A DNA stretch of 61,935 bases, taken from Thermoplasmata archaeon (GTDB taxonomy: Archaea; Thermoplasmatota; Thermoplasmata; Sysuiplasmatales; Sysuiplasmataceae). This document shows positions 20,281-31,069 of this stretch, piece by piece. Each line of letters begins with the position of its first letter. Position 1 is the first letter of the stretch. Where the stretch lies: the NCBI GenBank assembly GCA_021817225.1, contig JAKAVR010000004.1:1-61935 (forward strand), in the 5' to 3' direction. The notes under the pieces are model-generated. The model ran no database searches, was not told the origin of the DNA, and saw nothing but the letters and a program-made list of their open reading frames with translations. The position numbers were made by a program, and so were the translations under genes.

Positions 20281-23118
20281 TCAGGTGTACTTCACATACT
20301 GATACAGGAGGTCTCCCGACTGTCCAGTGTATGTGGACTGCTCCCACTGCAGCAGTGCGTTCTTGTCCACGCTCGTGTTGTATATCCAGAAGGTGTACGT
20401 CTGGAATATGTAGACATAGAACGTCATGTTGATGAGCATGTCGTTCATGGCGTGGAACCATGCCTCTGCGTGCGCCGGGTCCGCTACTGTGGCATTGTGG
20501 TAGTCGTTGAGCATCGAAGTCAGGTTGTTCGACTGTGAGACCATACTCGACTGGCCCATCAGCGGGTTGGATGTGTTGCCGTTGAACCAGTACGGTGTCA
20601 TGTCGTTCGGGCCAGGGTATGTGCTCGAGTTGACCGGCAATGCCATTGGTCCAAGGTAGTCTGTCGGGTACGGGTAGTCGGGGGCCCAGCCAAGTTCATA
20701 GACAGGCATGGGGTTCTGCCCCTGTACCTGGTAGGCAAGCAGGCTGGTGAACGCTGTCGGGAAGATTGTAGACTGGAAGCCCGGGATGACCTGAGCGAGG
20801 TATGCTTCCCAGCTTGTGGCACCGGCGAGTGAAACCGGGTCTGCACTGAATATAAATATCGGTACGTTCAGCGCCTTCCCGTTATACTGGTCGATTCCAC
20901 CGCTGTAGCTGATTCCCATTTTAGTTCCCATCGAGCTGTTGACAAATCCGGCCCATATGGACTGCGCCGTTGCCAGGTTGAAGTAAGGTACGCCGTTTGT
21001 CGTCGTGTTGAGTTGTGTTATGCTCTGGTTGTAAAGCATTCCAGCCGGGAGCATTCCAGCATACTTGCTGGCGAACGTCACATTGTAGACTGCGTTTCCG
21101 ATCTGCTGCTGGATGAACTGGTCATACTCGAAGGCATATGCGAATGCCTGCCTTGCGGCAAGGCTGTCGAACAGCACTGCCGGCAGGTTTGCGCTCTTGT
21201 CAACGCCGGAGAGCATTGTCATGTTAACCAGCGCGTTGAAGTTGAACCAGAATATGCCGAGGGTCGGGAAACCGAAGTAGTCTGCGGTGTGCGTCTTCTG
21301 CAGTCCCTCAACAAGGTTCCACTGGCTCGTCGGTACGGACGAGAACTGAGAGGAGCCTGCCTTCAGGTTGAGGTACGACGTTGATGGCTGAGCTACCCAC
21401 TTGATGTAGATTGTCTTGATTACCGGCGCCGGGAAATACTGGTTCGGAGACACAAAGTTCGGGTTGGCAATGAGCACGACTTGCTGGCCCGGAACACTGT
21501 AACTGACTGTGTAAGGCCCGTCTGCAAGAACGTTGTACTGCACGTATGTGTCGTAGCTACCCTGGTTGCCCTGAGCCTTGTATGCTTGGAAGCCACTAGC
21601 GCTCCACGGTATTCCTGCTCCATGCTTTATCAGCCACGCTGCGCTTGCCCAGTTGGAACCGGCCGCCTGACCGAATGTCTCGTAGAAGAGCTGCGGTGCT
21701 ACGGGGCTCTGGAAGTGCATCGTAAGGCTGTTTGTTGCGTTGTTGTAGGTCATGTTTGTAGTTATGTTATAGAACGTGTTGCTCGCGTAGTAGTCGCCTG
21801 GCAGCAGGAACTGAGCCTGTATCCAGCCTGGCGTGCCTGGAGAACCGCCGTCAAACAACAGGTTCCTTATCAGTGAATAGTAGACATCATAGGCTGTCAC
21901 TGGTGTCCCGTCCTGCCACTTCGAGTTGTTATTGATGTATACTGTGTAATTCTGGTAAGGCAGAGAGTTGATTGTCAGGCTGCCACCGTTCGGTCCCGCA
22001 ACAGTGTAGTTGTATTCGATGCCGTTTACCTGACCGTTCTGGACAGTTGGCAGATCCTTTGCAAGTACTGGTATGAACGAGTTGGAAGCTCCGGTAGAGT
22101 TGTAACCGAAGAGTGTCAGGTAGGTGTTCATCACAATTTCATTGCTCACCGTGTCATACTCAATCGCCGGGTCGAGTGTCTTGAAGCCGCCTGTCTCGAG
22201 CTCATACCTTACGAGCTGACCAGAGGCGACGCCACCTGTAGAGATGCTCACGTTTGAGAAACTTGGTATGTCATAATAGGTGTAGGTCACATTCGTGGGG
22301 CTGGAAAGCGGACCGCTCGCACCGAAAGGAGCCGTGTAACTTGCTATGACCACCGTGTAGTATGATGAAGCCATGTTAATCAGGTTCACCGTCTGAGATG
22401 TTGCGTTGCCAACATAGGGCACGGAGAAGCTCTGCACCATCTGTGTTCCCTGGTATACTAAGACGCTCTGAGACACAACACCGTATTCGATGTTTGGAGC
22501 AGGTATTGCCGCAGAAAGGTTGAACACAGCGCTGGATCCTGGTGTGAACGCATAGATGGGGCTGGTCAGTGTCGGCGTGTCGCTGAGAACTGGATAAAGT
22601 TCCATTGTTCCGTAGGCAACAAACTGTTCTACTGATGCCTGAACTTGGGCGTTGGGGTATCCAACTGTCACGATGTTCAGCGCGTTTGCGTTGTTGGCGG
22701 AAGATGTCGAATTGAAGACGACATCATAGAAAACAGCAAAGGTACCAGTCGAATGGTACGTGTGAGAAACAGCCACTACTTTTGACCCAGAATAAGAAAC
22801 TGTCTGGGTAAAGCCGTCTCCCCAATACACAACGATCTGTTGAAACGGACCGTTGGCAGTGACGGTATAATTGACCTGCTGGCCAATATTTGCTGTTGCG
22901 GTCGATAACGTTGCGCTTGCCGATGTTCCGGGCTTCACAGCCGGAGTGGTCTTGCCCTGCTGTGCCACTATGACTACAGCAAGACCCGCAATCACCACCA
23001 ACAAAACGATGATGACGACAAACCACTTGGTATTCGGAGAACCGCCAGCCTTCGGAGGGGCCGATGGTTCGCCTATACCGCCGGTGTTAGCGCCCTTTCC
23101 TTCAACACTACTGGTCAT
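20281..23118 (-). CDS. Family-5 ABC substrate-binding protein with N-terminal anchor and PKD domain
   Basis: TM anchor; VYWGDG..SHTY..G.F (PKD); KTLDPAIEYD, WQDGTPVTAYDVYYS, GPY, GWAPDYPYP. Confidence 0.88.
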   Translation of the reverse strand: MTSSVEGKGANTGGIGEPSAPPKAGGSPNTKWFVVIIVLLVVIAGLAVVIVAQQGKTTPAVKPGTSASATLSTATANIGQQVNYTVTANGPFQQIVVYWGDGFTQTVSYSGSKVVAVSHTYHSTGTFAVFYDVVFNSTSSANNANALNIVTVGYPNAQVQASVEQFVAYGTMELYPVLSDTPTLTSPIYAFTPGSSAVFNLSAAIPAPNIEYGVVSQSVLVYQGTQMVQSFSVPYVGNATSQTVNLINMASSYYTVVIASYTAPFGASGPLSSPTNVTYTYYDIPSFSNVSISTGGVASGQLVRYELETGGFKTLDPAIEYDTVSNEIVMNTYLTLFGYNSTGASNSFIPVLAKDLPTVQNGQVNGIEYNYTVAGPNGGSLTINSLPYQNYTVYINNNSKWQDGTPVTAYDVYYSLIRNLLFDGGSPGTPGWIQAQFLLPGDYYASNTFYNITTNMTYNNATNSLTMHFQSPVAPQLFYETFGQAAGSNWASAAWLIKHGAGIPWSASGFQAYKAQGNQGSYDTYVQYNVLADGPYTVSYSVPGQQVVLIANPNFVSPNQYFPAPVIKTIYIKWVAQPSTSYLNLKAGSSQFSSVPTSQWNLVEGLQKTHTADYFGFPTLGIFWFNFNALVNMTMLSGVDKSANLPAVLFDSLAARQAFAYAFEYDQFIQQQIGNAVYNVTFASKYAGMLPAGMLYNQSITQLNTTTNGVPYFNLATAQSIWAGFVNSSMGTKMGISYSGGIDQYNGKALNVPIFIFSADPVSLAGATSWEAYLAQVIPGFQSTIFPTAFTSLLAYQVQGQNPMPVYELGWAPDYPYPTDYLGPMALPVNSSTYPGPNDMTPYWFNGNTSNPLMGQSSMVSQSNNLTSMLNDYHNATVADPAHAEAWFHAMNDMLINMTFYVYIFQTYTFWIYNTSVDKNALLQWEQSTYTGQSGDLLYQYVKYT

Positions 23119-23444
23119 TTTTTAACACCACAGTTTGGCGATTAAGACTTGCTAATCTCACAGTGCTATATAAAAGGCATTGTTATCGAAGTTGATATTA
23201 AGTGGCCAACTGGCACCAGCAATGCCCCTAATCCCATGGGATGGAGTTGGTGCAACCCCAGGCTTGACTAGGAGCTGCTGGCAGTGTCGTCCCTGTCCAC
23301 CTGGTATATTTACAGATTGATAATGATTTTTGCACATGTCACAGATATCAGACGGGATAATCAGGGCTAGCTTCGGTTACCTATTTGAAAAAGAAAGCAA
23401 CATTCATTCCGGTATGAAATCCTGACAATCTGCCCGGAACGGAA

Positions 23445-23777
23445 TCAGTTTGTGTATGCTATGAAGCCATAACGCTTCAGAGCAATTTCGTTGAACTCGT
23501 TAGCGACCCTTGCAGTCGGGACTTCATGTTTGAGAACATCCGCGGGATCGTAGCCGGTGAACCCTGCCAATTTCATCAGCCTCTCAAACGGAAAAGGCTG
23601 TTTTCCGATAACTATTTGCCTGAGTGGCCAGGCAGGATGTATTCTCGACTTGTATCCGATTATCCGGGCAAGCCTGTTTATGCCGTCGGCCTTCTCGATG
23701 CCTTCGCTAATGATTCGTATACGGAAGGGGGCGCTGAGCCACACTTTCCTCGTGTTCGTCATGACCTCAACCGCCAT
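23445..23777 (-). CDS. Hypothetical protein, possible HTH DNA-binding
   Basis: GINRLARIIGY...LMKLA pattern; TATA-like TTAAATA upstream on the minus strand. Confidence 0.55.
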   Translation of the reverse strand: MAVEVMTNTRKVWLSAPFRIRIISEGIEKADGINRLARIIGYKSRIHPAWPLRQIVIGKQPFPFERLMKLAGFTGYDPADVLKHEVPTARVANEFNEIALKRYGFIAYTN

Positions 23778-24015
23778 TATGGGGGTTTATTACCCTCTTA
23801 CAGTATTTAATAGAATGCTCATTAAAGGCTTTGTGAATAATCCATGTGTTTGCCCATCATCATTCGCTTCCATTCATCTCCTCTGTAGATTGGGGGAGTC
23901 GGCCGAATGCTGTCAGGTGGCACCACATTCCTGCGAGTTCATAAAGCGTTCAAGAGACACGAATGCGGGGCCAAAGAATACACGAAGAATGTGCACGCTT
24001 GAATCATACTCTTCA

Positions 24016-25251
24016 TCAATAGTGAGTGAATTTTCTGTCTGCGTAGACTGGTTTTCCGTTAATGATGGTATGTGTAACATCGCTTGCCTGTGCGCTATAA
24101 ACAATTTGATTGACTGCATTCTGCCTCGTAAGGGGAGCCATCCTGAGGCTGGAACTGTCAAGGACCACAAAATCTGCTTTCTTCCCCTTCTCTATTGACC
24201 CAATCTCGCCCGCCGCCCCAAGGGATGCAGCGGCGTTCCTGGTGGCCATGTCCAGAGCCGTCGCGGCGGGGAGCACGGACGCATCCCACTTGCTGACTTT
24301 CTGGAGAAGGGATGCCGTTCTTATTTCCTCCAGCATGTCAAGGTTGTTGCTTGTGGTCGCGCTGTCTGTGCCGAGTGACACAGTGACCCCTTCATCAATC
24401 AGTTCCTTCACCGGGGGGATGCCTGACCCGATCTTCATGTTAGACCTCGCGCAGCTCGACACACGAACATCCGCGTTTTTCAGAGTCCTCATCTCTGACT
24501 TTGTCAGCCATGCGCCGTGGGCAGCCAGCAGCGGGACGCTCCCGTCGAGGAGACCGATATGGTCAAGCCATTCAACCGGCCTCTTCCCTGTCTTGCCTAC
24601 ATGACCGTAGACCTCATGCCTCGTCTCGCAGAGATGCATGTGCAGACCTGTTTCAAGTCGTGAGGCAACTTCCTTCGCAGAAAGCACCGTGTCTTCGGAA
24701 CATGCGTAGACCCCCTGCATTCCCACCATGGGAGTTACGAGACTCTCCTTTCCGCGCCAGCTTTTTACAAAGTGTTCGGCATTCGAAACAGGATCGCCTT
24801 CCTGCGTGGTGATCTCTTTGTCAAGGGTCACCCATGCCAGGAAACCGCGAATGCCGATGTCCCTGCATGCCTCCGCTATGACGTTCTCCGAATAGTACAA
24901 ATCTGCGAAGCTCGTGGTCCCACCGCTTATCATTTCGCGCAAAGACATGAGTGACGCCTGACGTATGTCTTCATCGGTTCTGCCAGAATCGAGCTTGAAT
25001 GTCTTTTCCAGAAATGGTTCGAGGTTCAAATCGTCCAGAAGGCCTCTGAAGCCGGTCATGGCGACGTGGGTATGAGTGTTTATCAGCCCGGGGACAACAA
25101 CACCGCCCTTTGCTTCGACGACAAAATCGGATGTGTCAGTTGATTTCCCGACGTGAGTGATGATCCCGTCCTCAACGAACAAATTCCCTTCAACTATTGA
25201 TCTGTTATCATCCTGCGTGACAATTATTGCATCGCGAACCAGCAGATTCAT
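24016..25251 (-). CDS. Amidohydrolase, MTA/SAH deaminase-like
   Basis: PGLINTHTH, HMHLCET, AAHG, SLGTDS, GSIEKGKKADFVV; start chosen at MNLLVRD. Confidence 0.88.
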   Translation of the reverse strand: MNLLVRDAIIVTQDDNRSIVEGNLFVEDGIITHVGKSTDTSDFVVEAKGGVVVPGLINTHTHVAMTGFRGLLDDLNLEPFLEKTFKLDSGRTDEDIRQASLMSLREMISGGTTSFADLYYSENVIAEACRDIGIRGFLAWVTLDKEITTQEGDPVSNAEHFVKSWRGKESLVTPMVGMQGVYACSEDTVLSAKEVASRLETGLHMHLCETRHEVYGHVGKTGKRPVEWLDHIGLLDGSVPLLAAHGAWLTKSEMRTLKNADVRVSSCARSNMKIGSGIPPVKELIDEGVTVSLGTDSATTSNNLDMLEEIRTASLLQKVSKWDASVLPAATALDMATRNAAASLGAAGEIGSIEKGKKADFVVLDSSSLRMAPLTRQNAVNQIVYSAQASDVTHTIINGKPVYADRKFTHY

Positions 25252-25417
25252 AATGGGCACCACTGGGAAATACTGAAAATGGAGATATAAAAACATGCGG
25301 AGCATGCATCCAGGGCATTTGCAGCTCAAGTGAAGTCGGTCGGAAACGCGGGAGCGACGCAATATTAAATATTATGAAGTCAATATCGTCAGACGGATGT
25401 CAGACCGGTGATTTAAC

Positions 25418-26674
25418 TTGAAGAGATATGCAGATCAGCCCTTCAATGCCGAGGACATGTACAGGATACCGATGGATCCCTCGACACAGCAGCCTGTAGT
25501 TTACCAGCTGCCAAAGCAGCAGGACAAGAGGAAGAGGCCCGGTCTTGGCGGCAAACCGTACAGCGTCTGGGCTGCATCCAAGTACATACTCATGATTTCG
25601 CTCATGCTGTACTGGCTCCCGCTTGTCGGACAGATGATAGGCGGGTTCATAGGCGGGAGGCGCGCAGGGTCACCGTTGCGAGCCATAATGGCTGCAATAG
25701 TACCTGTCGCGATATTCTTTGGTATTTCAATGGCGCTGCAGACAGGATTTATACCAATCAAACTTCAAAACGCCACTGTTCTTGCCTATACTCTGGTGGA
25801 GCAGACGCTTGAAAGGCTTCCCATTGCATCCCCGTATGTGAGCTTTGCAACAACATATGTGGGTTCTTTCATAAATGAGCTGAAGTCCGCGGCTTCCCTG
25901 AAGGTGGGGAACTACCTCATAACGATCGCATTCGCATATGTGGGAGGCATTCTGTCTGACCAGAGCAGAAGAGAACTCGAGTACGTTTCCAGATACGGAT
26001 CACCGACCACGAACATACTCGTTTCAGGCAGGGAGCAGGAACAAAGGCATGTCCAGTTTCCCAATCCCATGTCCTTCTTCCATTCGCTTGTCCCTTCGAG
26101 GAGAACACAGCAGGCGTCGGGCTTCGCGAGCCTTATGCCAGTCGCATATTCAGCGAACGGGACTGCACCCGCAAGGCGGCAGCAGGTAAGCCGGGCACAG
26201 CTGGCGCAGGATGAACAGGATTTCGCCCCCGACCCCAACGAGGGGAGGATGGTGCGCAGGAGACCTGCCGCCCCGGAATTCAAGGCGAGGTCCTGGGAGG
26301 ACGTCTATCTGAGGAACATGAGGATAGCAGGCCTTTCCGGGGCAGGCGTCGGAAGACGTGGCTCAAAATGGAGTGTGAGGGACAATTCCCAGAACATTGT
26401 GGCAGCGGGATTTGATACGGATGCACCGGAAGAGCCCAGGTTTGTGCGGGAGAGAGCCCCGGCAAGGCAAGTGCCTGCAGTTGTCCGCAAGGACAGGATA
26501 CGGGATGAGAGCACGAGGAAACTTGTCGAGAGGGCACTTGGAAAAGACTATATGAAGGGGCCATCGGCTTCAAATAGGCGGGCATCTGCAAAACTTACTC
26601 CCTTGCCCGACCATGCGTCCGGAAGGAAGTCGGCTCCGGCAATCAGAAAGAACGGTGAATGGGAACTCCTTTGA
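25418..26674 (+). CDS. Hypothetical membrane protein with long low-complexity C-terminal tail
   Basis: TM helices with GGFIGG, then an Arg/Pro/Ala/Ser-rich tail. Confidence 0.7.
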   Translation: MKRYADQPFNAEDMYRIPMDPSTQQPVVYQLPKQQDKRKRPGLGGKPYSVWAASKYILMISLMLYWLPLVGQMIGGFIGGRRAGSPLRAIMAAIVPVAIFFGISMALQTGFIPIKLQNATVLAYTLVEQTLERLPIASPYVSFATTYVGSFINELKSAASLKVGNYLITIAFAYVGGILSDQSRRELEYVSRYGSPTTNILVSGREQEQRHVQFPNPMSFFHSLVPSRRTQQASGFASLMPVAYSANGTAPARRQQVSRAQLAQDEQDFAPDPNEGRMVRRRPAAPEFKARSWEDVYLRNMRIAGLSGAGVGRRGSKWSVRDNSQNIVAAGFDTDAPEEPRFVRERAPARQVPAVVRKDRIRDESTRKLVERALGKDYMKGPSASNRRASAKLTPLPDHASGRKSAPAIRKNGEWELL

Positions 26675-26702
26675 TACCACTGGCTGCACGGGATCGCTCC
26701 TG

Positions 26703-26717
26703 CAAAGGCATTTAAAC
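26703..26717 (+). promoter_or_regulatory. Putative BRE/TATA promoter of tfs
   Basis: CAAAGGCATTTAAAC about 30 nt before the ATG at 26746. Confidence 0.5.
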
Positions 26718-26745
26718 TAGTTACATCTCTAAACATTCGACATTG

Positions 26746-27051
26746 ATGTTTTGTCCGAAATGCAAGTCGTTAATGGTTCCCGAGGAGGGGCTTCTCAGGT
26801 GCAAAAGATGCGGATACGAGATGAAGGCTTCGGAAAGCCCTAGGCCGACGATAAGGTCGGAAATGAATGCCGACATGGGAATGCTTGTTGTTGAGGGAAA
26901 AACGGACACTCTACCGAGAACGGAGATAAGATGCCCTAAGTGCGGCAACAACGAGGCTTACTGGGTTCTCAGGCAGACACGCGCGGCCGATGAGCCCGAA
27001 ACAAGGATCTACAGGTGCACAAGGTGCAGCCACTCCTGGCGTGAATACTGA
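26746..27051 (+). CDS. tfs: Transcription factor S
   Basis: Two Zn ribbons (CPKC..CKRC; CPKC..CTRC) and catalytic QTRAADEPET. Confidence 0.95.
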   Translation: MFCPKCKSLMVPEEGLLRCKRCGYEMKASESPRPTIRSEMNADMGMLVVEGKTDTLPRTEIRCPKCGNNEAYWVLRQTRAADEPETRIYRCTRCSHSWREY

Positions 27052-27169
27052 ATGAGATGCCAAATTTCAGTCATCACAGCCAAAAGGCACGAAACACTTT
27101 CCGAAAGAATCGGGCCATAAGCACAACCATTATATTTTTCAAGCCTTTTACACCGATCCGGAGTTCTAA

Positions 27170-27904
27170 ATGTTGAAAGCCAGCGCAAAAGCAGACATCC
27201 TCAAACAGATTGTTGATGTCGTTTCCACGCTAGTGGATGAAGCCAAGTTCAATGTGGATGCAGACGGCATATCGCTCAAGGCGGTGGACCCTGCGCACGT
27301 AGCGATGATAGAGCTGACGCTCGGAAAGGATGCGTTCGAAAGCTACGAAGGAGAGGATACAGAGCTTGGCATAGATATAGAAAAGCTCAAGGAAATACTG
27401 AAGCTGGCGCACTCGGGGGATGTAATCAAGATAGAGCACAATGAGGACAAAAACCAGCTCGTAATGAAGATAGGGGATGTGACAAGGCGCATGAGCCTTG
27501 TCGACACTGCAGGAATGTCCGACCCCAAAGTGCCAAACATTGAACTGCCCACTGTCATGAAGCTCAGGGCGGAGGAACTCAACTACGGCATAAAGGCGTC
27601 GGAGAGCGTTTCGGATCATATTGCTCTTGTTGCAGACGAAAGCTCCTTTGAAATGAGTTCGGAGGGAGATTCGGATTCGGTGGACTACAGGCTTCCCAAG
27701 GAAAAACTCATTTCGCTCGAGGCAAAAGGAAAAGTGAGGAGCCTCTTCCCCCTGGATTATTTCTCAAATATGGCCAAGGCAATTTCAAGCGGCAGCGAAG
27801 TCAAGCTTAACCTGGGGAACAACTATCCTGTGAAGCTTGAGTTCGACATAGCAAACGGAAACGGACATGTCAGATACCTTCTGGCGCCACGGGTCGAGAG
27901 CTGA
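27170..27904 (+). CDS. pcn: DNA sliding clamp PCNA
   Basis: AVDPAHVAMI and C-terminal YLLAPRVE. Confidence 0.96.
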   Translation: MLKASAKADILKQIVDVVSTLVDEAKFNVDADGISLKAVDPAHVAMIELTLGKDAFESYEGEDTELGIDIEKLKEILKLAHSGDVIKIEHNEDKNQLVMKIGDVTRRMSLVDTAGMSDPKVPNIELPTVMKLRAEELNYGIKASESVSDHIALVADESSFEMSSEGDSDSVDYRLPKEKLISLEAKGKVRSLFPLDYFSNMAKAISSGSEVKLNLGNNYPVKLEFDIANGNGHVRYLLAPRVES

Positions 27905-27913
27905 GCAGGAGCC

Positions 27914-28513
27914 ATGCACAGACTGTGTGTGCTGGTGTCCGGGAATGGAACAACACTGCAGGCAATAATCGACTCGATAGACAGGGGAGAACTTGAGGCC
28001 TCCATAGCTGCCGTGATTTCAAGCAGGCCGGACGTTTACGCGCTGACCAGGGCTTCCAGACACGGAATCGAGGCGATTGCGCTTGACTTCAGAAAATCGG
28101 GGCAGAAGCAGTACGACGAGATGCTGTATGAGAGGCTCGTCGTGCTTTCGCCGGACCTTATCTGTCTTGCAGGATATCTCAGAATACTTGATGCGCGGAC
28201 AGTCAGGCATTTCAAAGGAAGAATTGTCAACACGCATCCGGCACTGCTCCCTTCCTTCGGGGGGAGGGGAATGTACGGTGACAGGGTTCATGATGCGGTA
28301 CTGAAGAGCGGGGCGCAAAAGAGCGGTTGCAGTGTGCACTTTGTCACGGAGGGCATTGACACCGGTCCAGTCATTCTGCAGGCATCTGTCCCCGTGAAGA
28401 AAGGGGATACTGTCAGGGATCTCGCCGACAGGGTGCACGATGTGGAGCTGAAGGCTTACCCTGAGGCAATAAGACTCGTGCTCGAGGGCAAGGCTGTCTT
28501 CAGTGGCGCCTGA
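27914..28513 (+). CDS. purN: Phosphoribosylglycinamide formyltransferase
   Basis: VLVSGNGTTLQA, LAGYLRIL, NTHPALLPSFGG, GCSVHFV..DTGP. Confidence 0.95.
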   Translation: MHRLCVLVSGNGTTLQAIIDSIDRGELEASIAAVISSRPDVYALTRASRHGIEAIALDFRKSGQKQYDEMLYERLVVLSPDLICLAGYLRILDARTVRHFKGRIVNTHPALLPSFGGRGMYGDRVHDAVLKSGAQKSGCSVHFVTEGIDTGPVILQASVPVKKGDTVRDLADRVHDVELKAYPEAIRLVLEGKAVFSGA

Positions 28514-28617
28514 TGGCTGATCAGTCGGAAGCATCAGATTTTGTTGTCCATGTTGACCAGCTTCTTAAAAAGATTAAATACGTGTATCTGTTCGCAACAA
28601 ATCAGGTGTGGAATCCC

Positions 28618-29466
28618 TTGTTCGAACCCCTCCCCAGGAACAGGACATATGAGGAGCTGGAAAGAATTGCCCGAGAGGTCAGGAAGGACATCATAAGGGT
28701 GACAAATGCAGCAGGCTCCGGCCATCCCGGTGGATCCCTTTCCTCCGCCGATATTCTGACCGCCCTGTATTTCAGGCTGCTGAAGCACGACCCGAAGAAC
28801 CCTAAATGGGAGGGACGCGACATATTCATACTCAGCAAGGGTCACGCCGCCCCTGGCTATTATTCCGTTCTGGCCGAAGCAGGCTACTTCTCGAAGGAGG
28901 AACTGATGACTCTGCGAAAGATGGGCAGCAGGATACAGGGACATGCACACACGGATGTCCCGGGTGTCGAGGTTTCCACAGGCTCACTCGGCCAGGGACT
29001 TTCGATCGCGAACGGTTTTGCACTTTCATACAGACTCGATGGCAGAAGCCAGAGAATCGTGGCATTGCTCAGTGATGGGGAAAACGACGAGGGGCAAACA
29101 TGGGAGGCGGCCATGTTTGCCTCTTTCCGCAGGCTTGACAATATCACCATCTACGTGGACAGGAACGGCATACAGAACGACGGTTTCACAAAGGATATCC
29201 TTGACACCAGCCCTCTGGAAGAGAAATGGCGGGCATTCGGCTGGAATGTAATAGTCATTGACGGGCATAGCATGAAGCAGATTGTTGAAGCCTACGAGGC
29301 ATCACTGAAGGTGAAGGGAAAGCCGACCGCCATAATTGCCAATACAGTCAAAGGAAAGGGAGTGTCTTTCATGGAGAACAACGTTGCATTCCATGGCAAG
29401 GCACCGAACAAGGAAGAGACTGTTAAGGCGCTTGCTGAACTTGATGCGGGGAGAGGGAGTCAATGA
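28618..29466 (+). CDS. Transketolase N-terminal subunit
   Basis: GSGHPGGSLS, LSKGH, STGSLGQGLS, SDGENDEGQTWEAA; TTG start favoured by upstream TTAAATA and AGGTG (ORF track starts at 28513). Confidence 0.92.
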   Translation: MFEPLPRNRTYEELERIAREVRKDIIRVTNAAGSGHPGGSLSSADILTALYFRLLKHDPKNPKWEGRDIFILSKGHAAPGYYSVLAEAGYFSKEELMTLRKMGSRIQGHAHTDVPGVEVSTGSLGQGLSIANGFALSYRLDGRSQRIVALLSDGENDEGQTWEAAMFASFRRLDNITIYVDRNGIQNDGFTKDILDTSPLEEKWRAFGWNVIVIDGHSMKQIVEAYEASLKVKGKPTAIIANTVKGKGVSFMENNVAFHGKAPNKEETVKALAELDAGRGSQ

Positions 29467-30425
29467 GTCCGGCGGCGGTCAAGATGGAAAGCCAGCGCAG
29501 GGAATACGGAAGGGCCCTTGTCGAGCTTGGCGCAAGGAACAGGGATATCGTGGTGCTCGACGCCGACCTGTCAGTATCGACACGCACTGCCGACTTCGGC
29601 AAAGCATACCCCGAGCGCTTCTTCAACTGTGGTGTCTCCGAAGCCAACATGGTTACGACGGCAGCGGGACTTGCAATGGCGGGCAAGCTTGTGTTTGCAT
29701 CCTCATTTGCAGTCTTCCTCACGGGGCTGACATACAACCAGATCAGGCAGTCGATCGCATATCCGAGGACAAACGTAAAGATCGTGGCGAGCCATGCGGG
29801 ACTTTCAGTCGGTCCGGACGGCGCGACGCACCAGATGCTCGAGGATGTCGGACTGATGCGGGGCCTGCCAAATATGACAGTTGTCGTGCCGGCAGATGCG
29901 CGTGAGACCTACCAGGCGACGCATGCACTTGCATCATTCAAGGGCCCAGCGTACATGAGGTTCGGACGGGCGGATGTGCCTGCCATCTCTGATGAGGGAA
30001 GTGATTTCGCCATAGGCCGGGCATCGATGCTGAGGAAAGGCGCCGACGTAACGCTCATAGGCTGCGGGCAGCTTGTCCATACCTGCCTTGCAGCCGCACG
30101 ACAGCTTGAAACAGAAGGAATAAGCGCTTCGGTGGTCAACATGAGCACCATAAAACCACTTGACACCGGCATGGTGGACAGGTGCGCGAGGGACACCGGT
30201 GCAATTGTCACGGTTGAAGAGCACAACATAATAAACGGACTGGGAGACGCGGTGTGTTCCGCGGTTGCAGCACACTATCCGGTTCCCGTGACAAAGATCG
30301 GGACAATGGACACATTCGGTGAATCAGGGGAAGCGGGTGAGCTGCTTGTCAAGTACGGTCTTTCGGCGGAGCAGATTGCAATGAAAGCAGCCAGGACCGT
30401 AGAAACAAAGAAGAGGATGAGATGA
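29463..30425 (+). CDS. Transketolase C-terminal subunit
   Basis: [33 protein letters not shown]. Confidence 0.93.
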   Translation: MSPAAVKMESQRREYGRALVELGARNRDIVVLDADLSVSTRTADFGKAYPERFFNCGVSEANMVTTAAGLAMAGKLVFASSFAVFLTGLTYNQIRQSIAYPRTNVKIVASHAGLSVGPDGATHQMLEDVGLMRGLPNMTVVVPADARETYQATHALASFKGPAYMRFGRADVPAISDEGSDFAIGRASMLRKGADVTLIGCGQLVHTCLAAARQLETEGISASVVNMSTIKPLDTGMVDRCARDTGAIVTVEEHNIINGLGDAVCSAVAAHYPVPVTKIGTMDTFGESGEAGELLVKYGLSAEQIAMKAARTVETKKRMR

Positions 30426-31069
30426 TGAAGCTTTTTCTCGACACGGCCAACATTGATGAGATACGTGAGGCGTGGAGCTGGGGAGTAATAGACGGTGTGA
30501 CAACGAATCCATCCCTTGTTTCAAAAGAGGGCAGGAAATTCAAGGATGTTCTCAGGGAAGTCTGCAAAATAGTTGACGGCCCAGTCAATGCTGAGGTCGT
30601 AAGCACCGAATGCGAGGGCATGCTGAAAGAGGGACGGGCGCTCGCCAAGATAAACAGGAGAATCGTGGTCAAGGTGCCGATGACCTCCGAGGGCATCAAG
30701 GCAACGAAAACACTTTCTTCAGAGGCAATCAGGACAAATGTGACTCTCGTGTTTTCCCCAAACCAGGCGCTCCTCGCCGCAAAGGCAGGCGCAACATTCG
30801 TCAGTCCCTTCATCGGGAGGCTTGACGATGTTGGAAACGAGGGGATGCAGATAATAGGGGACATAGTCACCATGTATTCCCACTACAGCTACAGGACCGA
30901 AGTCCTGGTTGCAAGCGTTCGACATCCGGTCCATGTCGTTCAGGCGGCGAAGCTTGGGGCACACATTGCAACAATTCCCTTTTCGGTCCTCAAATGGATG
31001 CTCAAGCATCCGCTCACTGACACCGGCCTCGAGAGATTCCTCAAAGACTGGGAGAGAGTTCCCAAATGA
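30422..31069 (+). CDS. tal: Transaldolase (FSA/TalC type)
   Basis: [41 protein letters not shown]. Confidence 0.93.
   Translation: MMKLFLDTANIDEIREAWSWGVIDGVTTNPSLVSKEGRKFKDVLREVCKIVDGPVNAEVVSTECEGMLKEGRALAKINRRIVVKVPMTSEGIKATKTLSSEAIRTNVTLVFSPNQALLAAKAGATFVSPFIGRLDDVGNEGMQIIGDIVTMYSHYSYRTEVLVASVRHPVHVVQAAKLGAHIATIPFSVLKWMLKHPLTDTGLERFLKDWERVPK

Noticed and set aside
23780-24015. Intergenic gap as a possible ncRNA
   Set aside because: No convincing structure or known motif; the ORFs here are unsupported.
28513-28617. N-terminal extension on transketolase
   Set aside because: The segment contains a TATA-like box and an SD before the TTG at 28618, so it is probably not translated.
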